A stretch of 64,000 bases of DNA, from contig CAWETW010000003.1 in the NCBI GenBank assembly GCA_963812155.1, positions 832,001 to 896,000 on the forward strand, written 5' to 3'. The DNA is from Vulcanimicrobiota bacterium (lineage in GTDB: Bacteria; Vulcanimicrobiota; Vulcanimicrobiia; Vulcanimicrobiales; Vulcanimicrobiaceae). Shown here piece after piece: positions 36,805 to 46,916 of the stretch. The number at the start of each line of letters is the position of its first letter. The stretch's first letter is position 1. Position numbers and translations under genes: made by a program. The notes under the pieces were generated by a model. The model was not told the DNA's origin. It ran no database searches and saw nothing but the letters and a program-made list of their open reading frames with translations.

Positions 36805-38478
36805 GTGAAAAGAGCGTTCGCCGCCGCTGCCCCGGCGGTCTTAGGAGCGGTGCTCGTTCTGAGCGGCTGCACGAAAGCCGGGACGGCCGGCGGTTCGGCC
36901 GGCGAACGCCATTCGTGGACCCAGCCGGGCGTGCTCCGTTTCTCGGAGTTCACGGATCCCAAAAACCTCAATCCGTCGCTCGACTCGGCGGCGCCGACTC
37001 TCGACCTCGCGATGTTCATCTACTCCTGGACGATCCGCTACGACGCTCACGCACGTCCGTATCCGGATGCGTTGAGCGAAGTTCCGACGATTGCCAACGG
37101 CGACGTGAGCAAAGACGGGCTTACGCTGAAGTACAAGCTGCGGCACAACATCAAGTGGCAAGACGGCGTGCAACTCACCTGTCGCGACCTACGCTTTACC
37201 TGGCAAGTCGTGATGAATACGCACAACAACGTCATCACCACCGACGGATACAAAGACATCGACAGCATCGACTGTTCCGACCCGTACGTTGCCGTCATTC
37301 ACATGAAGCGCCTCTACGCGCCGTTCCTCCAGCAGCTGTGGAGCGTCAACGGCAACTCGCCGATTCTGCCCGAGCACTTGCTGGCAAAGTATAACGACGA
37401 CAAGGGCTCGTTCAACAGCGCGCCTTACAACTCGATGCCTGTCGGCAGCGGTCCGTTCAAGGTTGTTTCATGGCAACGCGGACAGGAAGTTCGCATGGAA
37501 GCCAATCCGGACTTCTACCTGGGCAAACCCAAGCTCAACACGGTGATTTACAAGATCATCGCCGACGAAAACACGGTTCTCGCGGAACTTCAATCTCACG
37601 AACTCGACATGCTGGCGATCGGCTCGGGCTTGAAGTGGCCCGACTATGCCGCGTTAGCCGCCGACCCCAAAAGCGGTCTCACGGCGATTCGCGTCGACTC
37701 GTACCTTTGGTCGCACGCCGACTTCAATCTGCGCCACCCAATCGTCAGCGACATCAACGTCCGCCGGGCGCTCGCCTATGCCACCGACCGTAAAGAGATT
37801 ATCGAGAAGATTCAGCACGGTTCGGGTCTTGCCGCCGAGACCGACCAGAGCCCCGCGCTTTCGTGGGCGTTCAGCAGCGACATCACGCACTATCCTTACG
37901 ATCCGGCCAAGGCGAAGGCACTGCTCGAGGCCGATGGCTGGAAGGTCGGTCCGGACGGAGTTCGCGTGAAAAACGGCCAACGCTTGGAGTTTACGCTGAG
38001 CACGCAGACCGAATCGAACGCCGGCAAGGCACTGCAGACGTTCTTGCAGAGCGCGTGGCACGACATCGGCGTGCAGGCCGACGTGAAGAACTATCCGTCG
38101 AGCCAGTTCTTCGAGAACTCCAGTGCCGGCATTTTACAAGGCGGTCACTACGACGTGGCACTCTTCAGTTGGATCGGCGCCGCGGATCCCGACGACAATG
38201 CTATCTACTCCGGCCACAACCTGGCGCCGAAAGGCCAGAACGCGATGATGTGGGAGAACGCCAAGGCAACCGCCGCCATGGACGACGCACTGAAGACGAT
38301 CGACCAGGCTCGCCGCAAGCGCGACTACCTCATCGTGCAGCAGCAACTGTCGGTTGACGTGCCGACGATCATCATCAGCTTCGCTCGCGTGCCCTACGTC
38401 TATAATACCGACTTGAAAGGATTCGACCCGTCGCCGGTGATATCGGCATTTTGGGATCCCTGGAACTATTCGATCTGA
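36805..38478 (+). CDS. Peptide ABC transporter substrate-binding lipoprotein (family 5)
   Basis: Lipobox LSGC; KWQDG, PVGSGPF and VRRALAYA motifs. Confidence 0.92.
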   Translation: MKRAFAAAAPAVLGAVLVLSGCTKAGTAGGSAGERHSWTQPGVLRFSEFTDPKNLNPSLDSAAPTLDLAMFIYSWTIRYDAHARPYPDALSEVPTIANGDVSKDGLTLKYKLRHNIKWQDGVQLTCRDLRFTWQVVMNTHNNVITTDGYKDIDSIDCSDPYVAVIHMKRLYAPFLQQLWSVNGNSPILPEHLLAKYNDDKGSFNSAPYNSMPVGSGPFKVVSWQRGQEVRMEANPDFYLGKPKLNTVIYKIIADENTVLAELQSHELDMLAIGSGLKWPDYAALAADPKSGLTAIRVDSYLWSHADFNLRHPIVSDINVRRALAYATDRKEIIEKIQHGSGLAAETDQSPALSWAFSSDITHYPYDPAKAKALLEADGWKVGPDGVRVKNGQRLEFTLSTQTESNAGKALQTFLQSAWHDIGVQADVKNYPSSQFFENSSAGILQGGHYDVALFSWIGAADPDDNAIYSGHNLAPKGQNAMMWENAKATAAMDDALKTIDQARRKRDYLIVQQQLSVDVPTIIISFARVPYVYNTDLKGFDPSPVISAFWDPWNYSI

Positions 38479-38491
38479 CGGGTGTGCTTAA

Positions 38492-40144
38492 ATGAGGAGC
38501 TCTTTAATGCATCGCCGTAGCCGCGCGCCGTTTCGTGCGCTCGCCGCCATCGTCACCGCCGCGTTCCTTTGCTCGTGCTCCAAGGCGGGCGAAACGGCAG
38601 CATCCCCTACGCACGCGCTCGTCATGGCCGACGGCAGCGGCGACCTCGTTTCTCTCAACCCTCATTTGTTCACCGAATTGACGCTCAGTTACATCTCGCA
38701 ATTAACGGAAGCGTACCTCGTGAAATACGACGTGCAGAACCGGCCGTACCCGGAACTGGCGACCGAAGTGCCGAGCCTTACGAACGGCGGGATTTCGGCG
38801 GACGGCAAAACGATTACGTGGCATCTCCGCAAGGGCGTGCGCTGGTCTGACGGGGCGCCGTTCGACGCGGACGACGTCGCGTTCTCGACGAAGGTCGTGC
38901 TGAATCCGGCCAACAACGAGGTCGGTCGCGACGGCTGGAACCTCATTCAGAAAGTCGACGAGCCCGACAAATACACCGTCGTCTATCATATGAGCCGTCC
39001 CTACTCGCCGTTCATTCCAACGTTTTTCGGCAGTGCGGGTGCGAACCCGGACCTGCTGCCGAAGCACCTTCTTGAAAAATATCCCAACATCAATCAGGTT
39101 CCGTATAACTCGAAGCCGGTCGGGATCGGGCCGTTTCGCGTCGTCGCCTGGCATCGCGGCGACAATATCCTGTTGGAGGCGAATCCGTACTACTTCCGCG
39201 GTCAGCCGAAGATCAAAAAAATTACCTACCGTATCATTCCGTCGTTCGATACGCTCGCGACGCTGATGCAAACCGGCGAAGTTCAGTTGTGGCCGGTCGT
39301 ACCGTCAGGGTACATCGATCGGATGCTCGCGCTGGCAAACACGAAGACGGATATCGTGTCGAGCCCCTACTACGCGCATCTCGATTTCAACGTGGCGCGC
39401 CCGCTCGTCAGCGATCTTCGCGTGCGCAAAGCCATCCTCTATGCGATCGACCGCCCGGAACTCGCGCGCAAGATCTCGCACGGCCATGCGGTCGTTCAAG
39501 AGAGCGTCATGCCGACGGTCAATCCGCTCGCGCCCCCTCCCAACGCGATCCCGCTCACGCCGTACGATCCGGCGAAGGCCAAGCAACTGCTCGACCAAGC
39601 CGGCTGGAAGGTGGGGCCGGACGGCATCCGCGTCAAGAACGGCCAGCGGCTGTCGCTGCAGTTCCCATACTATACCGGCTCGGCAAGCGCAGACGACCTC
39701 GTCGAGTTCGTTCGTCAGGCGCTGCGCACGGTGGGGATCGACATCCAAACGCGCAAGTTCGCGCCCGCGATGTTCTTCGCTCCCTATCAGCAGAACGGCA
39801 TCGTCTATGGCGGGAAGTGGGACATGACGTACTTCTCGTGGCAGGCGCTGCCCGTGGCCGACATTTCGAACAATTGGGAGTGCAATCAAATCCCGCCCAA
39901 CGGGCAAAACGTCACGCACTTCTGCAATAAAGAGCTCGATGCAATGCTCGAGCAAGTGAAGGCGACCTACGACCCGGCGCGGCAGCGCACCCTGCTCAAA
40001 AGCGAGCTGCAGCTCATCGCCGCCAACGTTCCGACCATCGTTCTCAGCGTTCCGCAAGTCGGATTCACGCATAGCCCCAATCTTACGAACTTCACGCCGA
40101 ATGCGTGGACGCCGTTCGACAATTTCTTAAACACCGACATCTAA
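38492..40144 (+). CDS. Peptide ABC transporter substrate-binding lipoprotein (family 5)
   Basis: Lipobox LCSC; RWSDGAPF, PVGIGPF and VRKAILYAIDR motifs. Confidence 0.92.
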   Translation: MRSSLMHRRSRAPFRALAAIVTAAFLCSCSKAGETAASPTHALVMADGSGDLVSLNPHLFTELTLSYISQLTEAYLVKYDVQNRPYPELATEVPSLTNGGISADGKTITWHLRKGVRWSDGAPFDADDVAFSTKVVLNPANNEVGRDGWNLIQKVDEPDKYTVVYHMSRPYSPFIPTFFGSAGANPDLLPKHLLEKYPNINQVPYNSKPVGIGPFRVVAWHRGDNILLEANPYYFRGQPKIKKITYRIIPSFDTLATLMQTGEVQLWPVVPSGYIDRMLALANTKTDIVSSPYYAHLDFNVARPLVSDLRVRKAILYAIDRPELARKISHGHAVVQESVMPTVNPLAPPPNAIPLTPYDPAKAKQLLDQAGWKVGPDGIRVKNGQRLSLQFPYYTGSASADDLVEFVRQALRTVGIDIQTRKFAPAMFFAPYQQNGIVYGGKWDMTYFSWQALPVADISNNWECNQIPPNGQNVTHFCNKELDAMLEQVKATYDPARQRTLLKSELQLIAANVPTIVLSVPQVGFTHSPNLTNFTPNAWTPFDNFLNTDI

Positions 40145-40174
40145 CCACGCCGTCCCGAGCGGAGCAGCGCACGT

Positions 40175-40408
40175 ATGACGCCGCTGACGACATTCGGTTT
40201 GTTCGCCGTAACGGCGATGCTGATCACGTACGCGTTTGAAAAGCGAAGTCCGTCGTTTATCCTCGCGTTCGCCGCTGCCTGCGTTTTAGGCTCGGTCTAC
40301 GGCTTTCTCCAGGGTGCGTGGCCGTTCGGCATTGTCGAAGCGATCTGGTCGGTCGTCGCGATCGCGCGGTGGATTCGCATAAGCAGCGCTCAGGATGACA
40401 GCGCTTAG
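40175..40408 (+). CDS. Small membrane protein (3 TM)
   Basis: 77 aa hydrophobic ORF, YGFLQGAWPFGIVEAIW. Confidence 0.75.
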   Translation: MTPLTTFGLFAVTAMLITYAFEKRSPSFILAFAAACVLGSVYGFLQGAWPFGIVEAIWSVVAIARWIRISSAQDDSA

Positions 40409-41770
40409 GAGAGCGCATCCGAGGAGCGGTAGCGCTCGGAGAAAGGCCCACACCGGCTCGACCGCGAGTAATCCGGTGCGTTGCTGTTCGGCCGCCCAAA
40501 CGCCGGCGATCGGCGCAGTCGAGGGTGCGTGGAACGCGCCAAGCGCGTCGGGCCAAACGGGCGCCGGATGCGACGCACCGAGCCACGCCGCGATGGCGAA
40601 GACGAACGCAACGGCAGTGGTTGCGGCAAGCGCGCCAAGCAATTCGCGACGGAGAAACGCACCGCTCGCGTCGCCGAGTGCAGCGAATGCGCACGCGGCG
40701 GCAGCGGCGAGCAGGGCGCTCTGAGCGATGCCGGTTGGCCGCTGCGCGAGCCCCAGCCAATCGATGGCTGCGAGCAGCGTCGCCGCCAGCGCGAGGGAAC
40801 GCACGGGGCCTCGCGTCCGAAACGCACACCAGCCGGCCGCGGCGTAGGCGACGACGAGATCGTGTTCGTGAAAGAACGTCGTGACGAAGGGTGCCAGCGC
40901 GGCGATTGCGGCGAAGCGCGCGAACGGATCGCGGATGCGGCGCCACAGCACGATGGCCGCGAGCGCTGCCGCCGCCGCGCACGCGACGGCGATTGCGGCG
41001 GCAGCAGCGAGTGAGAATCCGGCGCCGTATGCGATCGCGGCCGGCGTCAGTTGAATCGCGCCGAAGCGCTCGGCCTCCGCGTGCGCCGCCAGTTGCATTG
41101 CATAGTCGATGGGCCACCGCAGGCCGAAAAACAATGCGCCGAACGCGTACGCTGCGAGCGCACCCACGGCGATCGCGATGGTTGCGCGATTTCGTCCGAG
41201 CAGCGCGACGAGCCCAAAGGCGACGTTGGGTTGCGCGAACGCGACGAACGATGCGGCAGTTCGCCCGAACAATGGGAGCGGCAGCGAGGCCAGCGTCGCG
41301 GCGAGAAATGCAAGCAATGCTACTTGGCCGAGTGCGAGGTCGCTCGTCAGCGGTCCGAAGCCAACCGTCAGTACGCACGCGCAGAGCAATGCGTACGTGC
41401 TCGGCGCCGCCGACGCGCGCACGACGACGATGACGAGCGCAAGGGCTGCGATGACGAGCAACGCGCTCCAGAGTCCGGCCGCGACCGGATAAGGAAGGCG
41501 CGCGAGAAGACTCCACAGCGCGATCGTCGGCGGCGGTGCGACGAAGGGAAGTATTTCGTCGCGCGAAGCGTCGACGCCGGGGACGCTGCGTTCCGCATTC
41601 CAAATCGCGCGGCCGTACGGATTTCCGCCGGCGTTCCACGCCGATCCCGCGCTCCAGTAAGCTTCGAAATCGCGCAGAAACGGGCCCGGCGTTGCGACCG
41701 GGCGGAACGAGAGAATGGCCGTCGCGGCCAGCGCGAACGCTAGCGGCAGCAGCCACCGCGATCCGGTCAC
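40286..41770 (-). CDS. GT-C membrane glycosyltransferase (GT87/DUF2029-like); 3' end uncertain
   Basis: RDFEAYW, NPY, PFVAPP, LGQ and HEHD motifs; multiple TMs; overlaps the convergent gene. Confidence 0.72.
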   Translation of the reverse strand: MTGSRWLLPLAFALAATAILSFRPVATPGPFLRDFEAYWSAGSAWNAGGNPYGRAIWNAERSVPGVDASRDEILPFVAPPPTIALWSLLARLPYPVAAGLWSALLVIAALALVIVVVRASAAPSTYALLCACVLTVGFGPLTSDLALGQVALLAFLAATLASLPLPLFGRTAASFVAFAQPNVAFGLVALLGRNRATIAIAVGALAAYAFGALFFGLRWPIDYAMQLAAHAEAERFGAIQLTPAAIAYGAGFSLAAAAAIAVACAAAAALAAIVLWRRIRDPFARFAAIAALAPFVTTFFHEHDLVVAYAAAGWCAFRTRGPVRSLALAATLLAAIDWLGLAQRPTGIAQSALLAAAAACAFAALGDASGAFLRRELLGALAATTAVAFVFAIAAWLGASHPAPVWPDALGAFHAPSTAPIAGVWAAEQQRTGLLAVEPVWAFLRALPLLGCALLSAVILSAAYANPPRDRDDRPDRFDNAERPRTLEKAVDRA

Positions 41771-42585
41771 CAAGCGGGGGCGCCGGTGCCGGGCGACGCG
41801 GCGCCGTGCGAGCGCGCCAAGACGAAGAGCAGCCCGAGCAACGTCGCGAGATACCACGCGCTGACCCGCAAACGCGCAGCCAACGTCATCGTGGCCGCTC
41901 GCGGATCGACGTGTCCGCGCCACGCTGCGAGCATTGACGGCAGCCCAAGCAAACCGACGATGACCACGAACAGTATCGGAATGTGAAAATAAGCGGCAAA
42001 GCCGACGAATGCGAGCAGGCCGGCGATCCAGAGCGGCGGCCAGACCGCGCCGATGATGCGTCCTCCGTCGAACGGCGGCATCGGCAGGAGGTTGAAAAGA
42101 TTCAAGAATGCCGACAGATCTGCGCACGCAAACCAGAATCGATCGGCGGTCGCCATGCCGATGGCCATACAGACTGCGGCGAGTCCCATGCCGGTGACCG
42201 GCCCGGCCAGTGCGATGTTGGCGTCGTGCTCCAAGTTCTCCGGCGGTGCGCCGGCAGTGAACGCGCCGAAGAGCGGAATGAATGCGGGAAGGCGCACCGG
42301 CAGACCGTACGCTCGAAAGGCGGCGTAATGTCCGAGTTCGTGCGCGAGCAGCACGAGCATCACGACGACCGCCAACCGCCAGCCGAAAAACGCCACGTAG
42401 ATCCACAGCGAGAGCAGAAACGTCCAGCCCGGCGCCAGCAGTTTGAGGCCGAACAGCAGTACGAGCTTGAATTTCAAGAGAAATGCCAGGACCGCCGCCC
42501 CCGCAGTGCCGATGACGCCGGAAGGTTTGCGATGCGCGGCTTTGGGTTCGGGTTCGCCCGGTTGCGGCGGAGGCAGGTATTGCAC
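41767..42585 (-). CDS. Site-2 protease (M50) family zinc metalloprotease
   Basis: HELGH, LAGP and NLLPMPPFDGG motifs. Confidence 0.92.
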   Translation of the reverse strand: MQYLPPPQPGEPEPKAAHRKPSGVIGTAGAAVLAFLLKFKLVLLFGLKLLAPGWTFLLSLWIYVAFFGWRLAVVVMLVLLAHELGHYAAFRAYGLPVRLPAFIPLFGAFTAGAPPENLEHDANIALAGPVTGMGLAAVCMAIGMATADRFWFACADLSAFLNLFNLLPMPPFDGGRIIGAVWPPLWIAGLLAFVGFAAYFHIPILFVVIVGLLGLPSMLAAWRGHVDPRAATMTLAARLRVSAWYLATLLGLLFVLARSHGAASPGTGAPAW

Positions 42586-42614
42586 GGCGTCCTCTTCAAG
42601 GCCGCCGGTCGGCC

Positions 42615-43914
42615 GTGCCTGTAATTGTAATCGTAGGCGGCGGATTCGCGGGAACCGCCGTTGCCCGGAGACTCGAGCGGCGCTTATCGCCGGACGAAGC
42701 CGACGTCGTGCTGCTTTCGCGCGACAACTACACGCTCTTCACGCCGATGCTGCCCGAAGTGACGTCCGGCGAACTGGAAGTTCGCCACATCGTCACGCCG
42801 ATACGCGCGCAACTGCGGCGCACGAACTTCATCCTCTCCGAAGTCGGCACGATTGACGTCGAACGCCGAACGGTCGAGTACCGGCACGTGCTCACCGGGT
42901 TGACGCGCACGATCGCCTACGACCAGCTCGTATTGGCGCTCGGATCGCAGACGTCCACGTTCGGTTTGCCGGGGGTCGCAGAACACTCGTGGACGCTCAA
43001 GACGCTCGCCGATGCCGACGCACTGCGCAACCATCTCGTCTGGCTGCTCGAACTGGCCGACACGATTTCCGACGCAGCGCGCAGACGGCGGTTGCTGACC
43101 GTCGCCGTCGTCGGCGGAGGATTCACCGGCGTCGAAACCGCCGGCGAGATTTACGAACTCTTCCGCAGCGCGGTGGGTTTCTACCGGCGACTGCGGCTCG
43201 ACGAACTGCACATGGTGCTTGTCGAAGGCGGCCCAACGCTGCTCGCCGGCTTGCCGCCGAAGATGGGCGAGTATTCGCGACGCATCCTGGAGCGACGCGG
43301 CATCGAAGTCCTTACCGGCGACGGCGTTACCGAGGTTGACGCAGAGGGTCTTACGCTGCAAAGTGGACGTCGGATCGAGAGCGAGACGGTAATTTGGAGC
43401 GCCGGCGTATCGCCGTCGCCCGCAATCGCCGCGTTGCCGTTACCGAAGACCAAGCGCGGCGCCGTGATTACCGGGCCCGACATGCGCGTCGGCGAGGCGA
43501 ACGGGCGTGTGGGCGCTCGGGGACTGCGCCGCAATTCCCGACGGCGAAGGCGGCGACTATCCGATGACGGCGCAGCACGCAATCCGCGAAGGTCCGCATC
43601 TCGCCGACAATATCGTGAACGTGCTGCACGGCCGTCCGACGCGGCCCTTCCGCTATCGCACGCTCGGCATGATGGCCGCGCTCGGCGGGCGCCGCGCGGT
43701 CGCGGAACTGCCCGGAAGCCGCGTGCTAACGGGCTTTCTCGCGTGGTTTCTCTGGCGGACGTACTATTTGGCGCGTCTTCCGGGGATCGACCGCCGCCTG
43801 CGCGTCGCGTTCGACTGGACGCTCGAACTGCTCTTTCCGCGCGACATCGCGGAGTTGCGCGTCGGCGATACGGTGCCGTCTGAAAAGCGAAGTGAGCCGC
43901 CGAAGGTTCGGTGA
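42615..43914 (+). CDS. ndh: Type II NADH dehydrogenase-like FAD oxidoreductase (frameshift near 43500)
   Basis: GGGFAG and GGGFTGVE motifs; WALGDCA continues in a second frame. Confidence 0.85.
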
Positions 43915-43954
43915 GCGTGCAGTAGCGGCCTCGGCGCCGTAGAAGTCCCGCATC

Positions 43955-45362
43955 ATGGAAATGCGCGAACCGATCGAACGCTTGATCCGCGACCCGAAGG
44001 AATTTACGCGTGGCGTCGCCTTCCCGGATCCGTCGCAGATTCGTATTTACGACGAAACGCTGCGCGACGGCGAGCAGATGCCCGGCGTGTGCTATACGCC
44101 GCCGCAGAAACTCGAGATCGCGCGCGCGCTCGCCGACATCGGCGTGCACGTGATGAGCGTCGGATTTCCGGCCGCATCCGAAGGCGACCGGCGCACGCTG
44201 CAACTCGTGATGGGAGCGAAACGGCGCGGCGAGCTCGGCGACGTGGAGATCGTGGTGATGTGCCGCAGCAACCGCAACGACATCGACGTCACCGTCAAGA
44301 CGTTACGCGACGCCGGCATCGAGCCGTCGGAAGTGACGTTTTTCATCTTTACCTCCGGCAGCGATCTGCACCTGAAATATAAGATCGGCAAGACGCTGCT
44401 GCGCTTCGAGGGGCGCGACGAACGAGAGTGGCTGGACCTTCCGCTCGAGTTCTATCGGGACGCCAACATCCGGCTGCAGTGCGATGCCATCGCCCACGCC
44501 CGCGCGTGCGGCGTGGAGCGCATCGAATTCGGTGGGGAGGACGGCAGCCGCGGCGACGTCGACTACTTCATTCGATACTTCAAGGCCGGTTTGGAAGCGG
44601 GCGCGGAGCGTCCGGCGTGGCCGGATACCGTGGGGACGTTGACGCCGGAAGCGACGCGCTGGTATTGTTCGCGCATCGTTGCGGGACTGCCGGACGGGTT
44701 GCCGATCGTGGCGCACCTGCACAACGACTACGGGCTCGGTACGATCAACGCGATTACGGCAACGTCGTGCGGATTCCAAGTGATTTCAGTGACGGCCAAC
44801 GGCTATGGGGAGCGCGCCGGCAACGTCAAGCTCCACGAATACGTGGTCGCGATGCGCGTTCTTTACGGCATCGAGATTCCAGGTTTCAAGTATCGACAAA
44901 TTGCGCGAGTTGGCGCGCTTCATGGAGCGAATGAGCGGGATTCCGATGCAGCAGCACGAGCCGATCGTCGGATCGAAGGTCTTCGCGCACGAGTCGGGGA
45001 TTCACACGCACGCGCTGCTCATCGATCACCGCATGTACGAAGCCGTGCCGGCGGACGTCGTCGGCGCGGAGACGAGCTTCATCTTCGGGAAACATTCGGG
45101 CGTCGCCCTCGTCGAGGAAACGCTGCGCAAGCGGCGTTCGCGGCTGGAGCGGGGCGGGGTCGTACCGACGAGCGAGTTGGCCCACCGCGTGACCGACGAG
45201 ATCAAGCGACTGCGCGAGGAGCGGGCCGCGTCGAGCAAGAGCGCCGAAGCGATCGAACTCTACGAGCAGGCGATGCGCGGCCTCTCGCTCGACGAAGAGG
45301 ACGTCGTGGCGATCGCGCTCGCGCTCGGCGCGGCGCAACCGGCCGTCGCTATTTCGCCGTAA
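43955..45362 (+). CDS. DRE-TIM acyl-CoA condensing enzyme (homocitrate/isopropylmalate synthase-like; frameshift near 44900)
   Basis: DETLRDGEQ, HLHNDYG and GERAGN; FAHESGIH and GKHSG in a second frame. Confidence 0.85.
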
Positions 45363-46095
45363 CCGGAAAGTCGAAGCGGGTATTCGGGAAGGGCTCCGCG
45401 GCGAGGACGAAGTTCCACCAGAGATCGCCCGAGGGCTTGAACCCGTATTTTTCCATGAGCACGGCCAGCATCGACCGGTGCGAGTCGGCAACCGAGCCGG
45501 CCGATTGCGACACGCGCGAGAGCGGATCCATGCAGTCGAAGTTCGTTCCCATGTCGATCGAACCGTCGTGATAGCGCTGAACGAACGGCGCGATACACGA
45601 GTGCACCCCGGGCCGCCATGGAATCGGTGACGGCATGCCGACGCGCTCCAGCGTGACCGCAACGCCGCTGCCGCGGGCCTGCGGCGACGACGCGGAAAGG
45701 TAGCCCTGCGCAAAGAGCTGCGATTTTGCGACGCGAGGATAGTACTCGGCTTTCATGCGCTCGTCCGGCGCATTCTTGCTCCAGACGAGCACCGCGTTCG
45801 CGGCGCGTTGCGGCTGATAGCAGTCGTAGACGCGCAGCGAGAGACCGGCTTGCGTGAGTTCCTCTTGCGCCTTCGCGAGTGCGAGCGCGGCTCGCTGCGT
45901 GAGAATGCACACCGGCGCGAGATATCCCGGCAGGGCACGTCCGACGAGATTGTGGGGACCGGCATAGCGGATGTCTTGCGCGATCGAGGGCGCGACGTCG
46001 GAAAGATAGACGAATCCTCGCGGGAGTGCCGCATGGGGAACCGGCGACGCAGCACACAGTGCGATCGCCGCCAGCGCCGAAAACCAGCGCGTCAC
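45349..46095 (-). CDS. Secreted VanX/DdpX (M15D) D-Ala-D-Ala dipeptidase homologue with degenerate active site
   Basis: DIRYA..NLVGR, YDCYQP, DMGTNFD and WW motifs; signal peptide. Confidence 0.85.
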   Translation of the reverse strand: MTRWFSALAAIALCAASPVPHAALPRGFVYLSDVAPSIAQDIRYAGPHNLVGRALPGYLAPVCILTQRAALALAKAQEELTQAGLSLRVYDCYQPQRAANAVLVWSKNAPDERMKAEYYPRVAKSQLFAQGYLSASSPQARGSGVAVTLERVGMPSPIPWRPGVHSCIAPFVQRYHDGSIDMGTNFDCMDPLSRVSQSAGSVADSHRSMLAVLMEKYGFKPSGDLWWNFVLAAEPFPNTRFDFPVTAK

Positions 46096-46916
46096 GCTTG
46101 CCCGCCGAGGCGCCAGGTCGCAACGAACGCCTTGAAGATCGTCGGAAAGTCGTCGTGCGTGAAGCGCACGCTGCGGCCGCCGGTGCGTGCGAATCCGGGA
46201 ATCGTCGCGACCAGATCGGCCTGTTCGGTCTTTACGAGATCGACCGCGAGTTCGATCGGCGATTCGAAGCGGTACGGTTCGGCTGCCGGCGCGGAGGCGA
46301 CGGCGGCGCGCGCGCCCTCTCGAATCGCGGCGCAGGCCGCGGCGGGCGTCATCGAGGCGGCGGCAAAATTCCCGATCGATTCCTTCACGACGACGCCATT
46401 CACCCACGGCAGCAGCGCACGAACGCCGTCGACGGTCGTGCGGTCGCCGGTGATCAACAGCAGCGGGATGCCGAAATGCCCGAGCAGGCCGGCGTTGAAG
46501 ATCGCTTCGCTGCAGCGGACGCCGTTCACGCGCACGTCGTAGACGACCGACGGCGTATAGGTATGGCACAGCACCGCGTCGGCATCGCCGGCTCCGCCGT
46601 GGTAACCGACGAAGAACGCGCCGCCGAACGTCGCGTCGGCATCCTGCACCATCGAAAACGGCTTGCGGTTTCCGAAGAGCACGCGAACGTCGGCCGGCAA
46701 CTCGTCGAAGAGCAGATTGCGCATCGGTCCGTGGGAATCGTTGACCAGCACCTCGCCCGCGCCGGCGAGCCGAGCGCCTTCGATGGCGGCGGCAACTTCG
46801 CGCGTGTAGTAGGCGCGGTACGTCGAGTACTCGGGATGCGGCGTTCGGGCGTCGACCTGCTGCCACGACGTGACCCCGGCGACGCCTTCCATGTCGCAGG
46901 AGACGTAGAGTTTCAC
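46092..46916 (-). CDS. M55 D-aminopeptidase (DppA family), copy 2
   Basis: SCDMEG, NDSH, GYH, HT and SE motifs. Confidence 0.92.
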   Translation of the reverse strand: MKLYVSCDMEGVAGVTSWQQVDARTPHPEYSTYRAYYTREVAAAIEGARLAGAGEVLVNDSHGPMRNLLFDELPADVRVLFGNRKPFSMVQDADATFGGAFFVGYHGGAGDADAVLCHTYTPSVVYDVRVNGVRCSEAIFNAGLLGHFGIPLLLITGDRTTVDGVRALLPWVNGVVVKESIGNFAAASMTPAAACAAIREGARAAVASAPAAEPYRFESPIELAVDLVKTEQADLVATIPGFARTGGRSVRFTHDDFPTIFKAFVATWRLGGQA

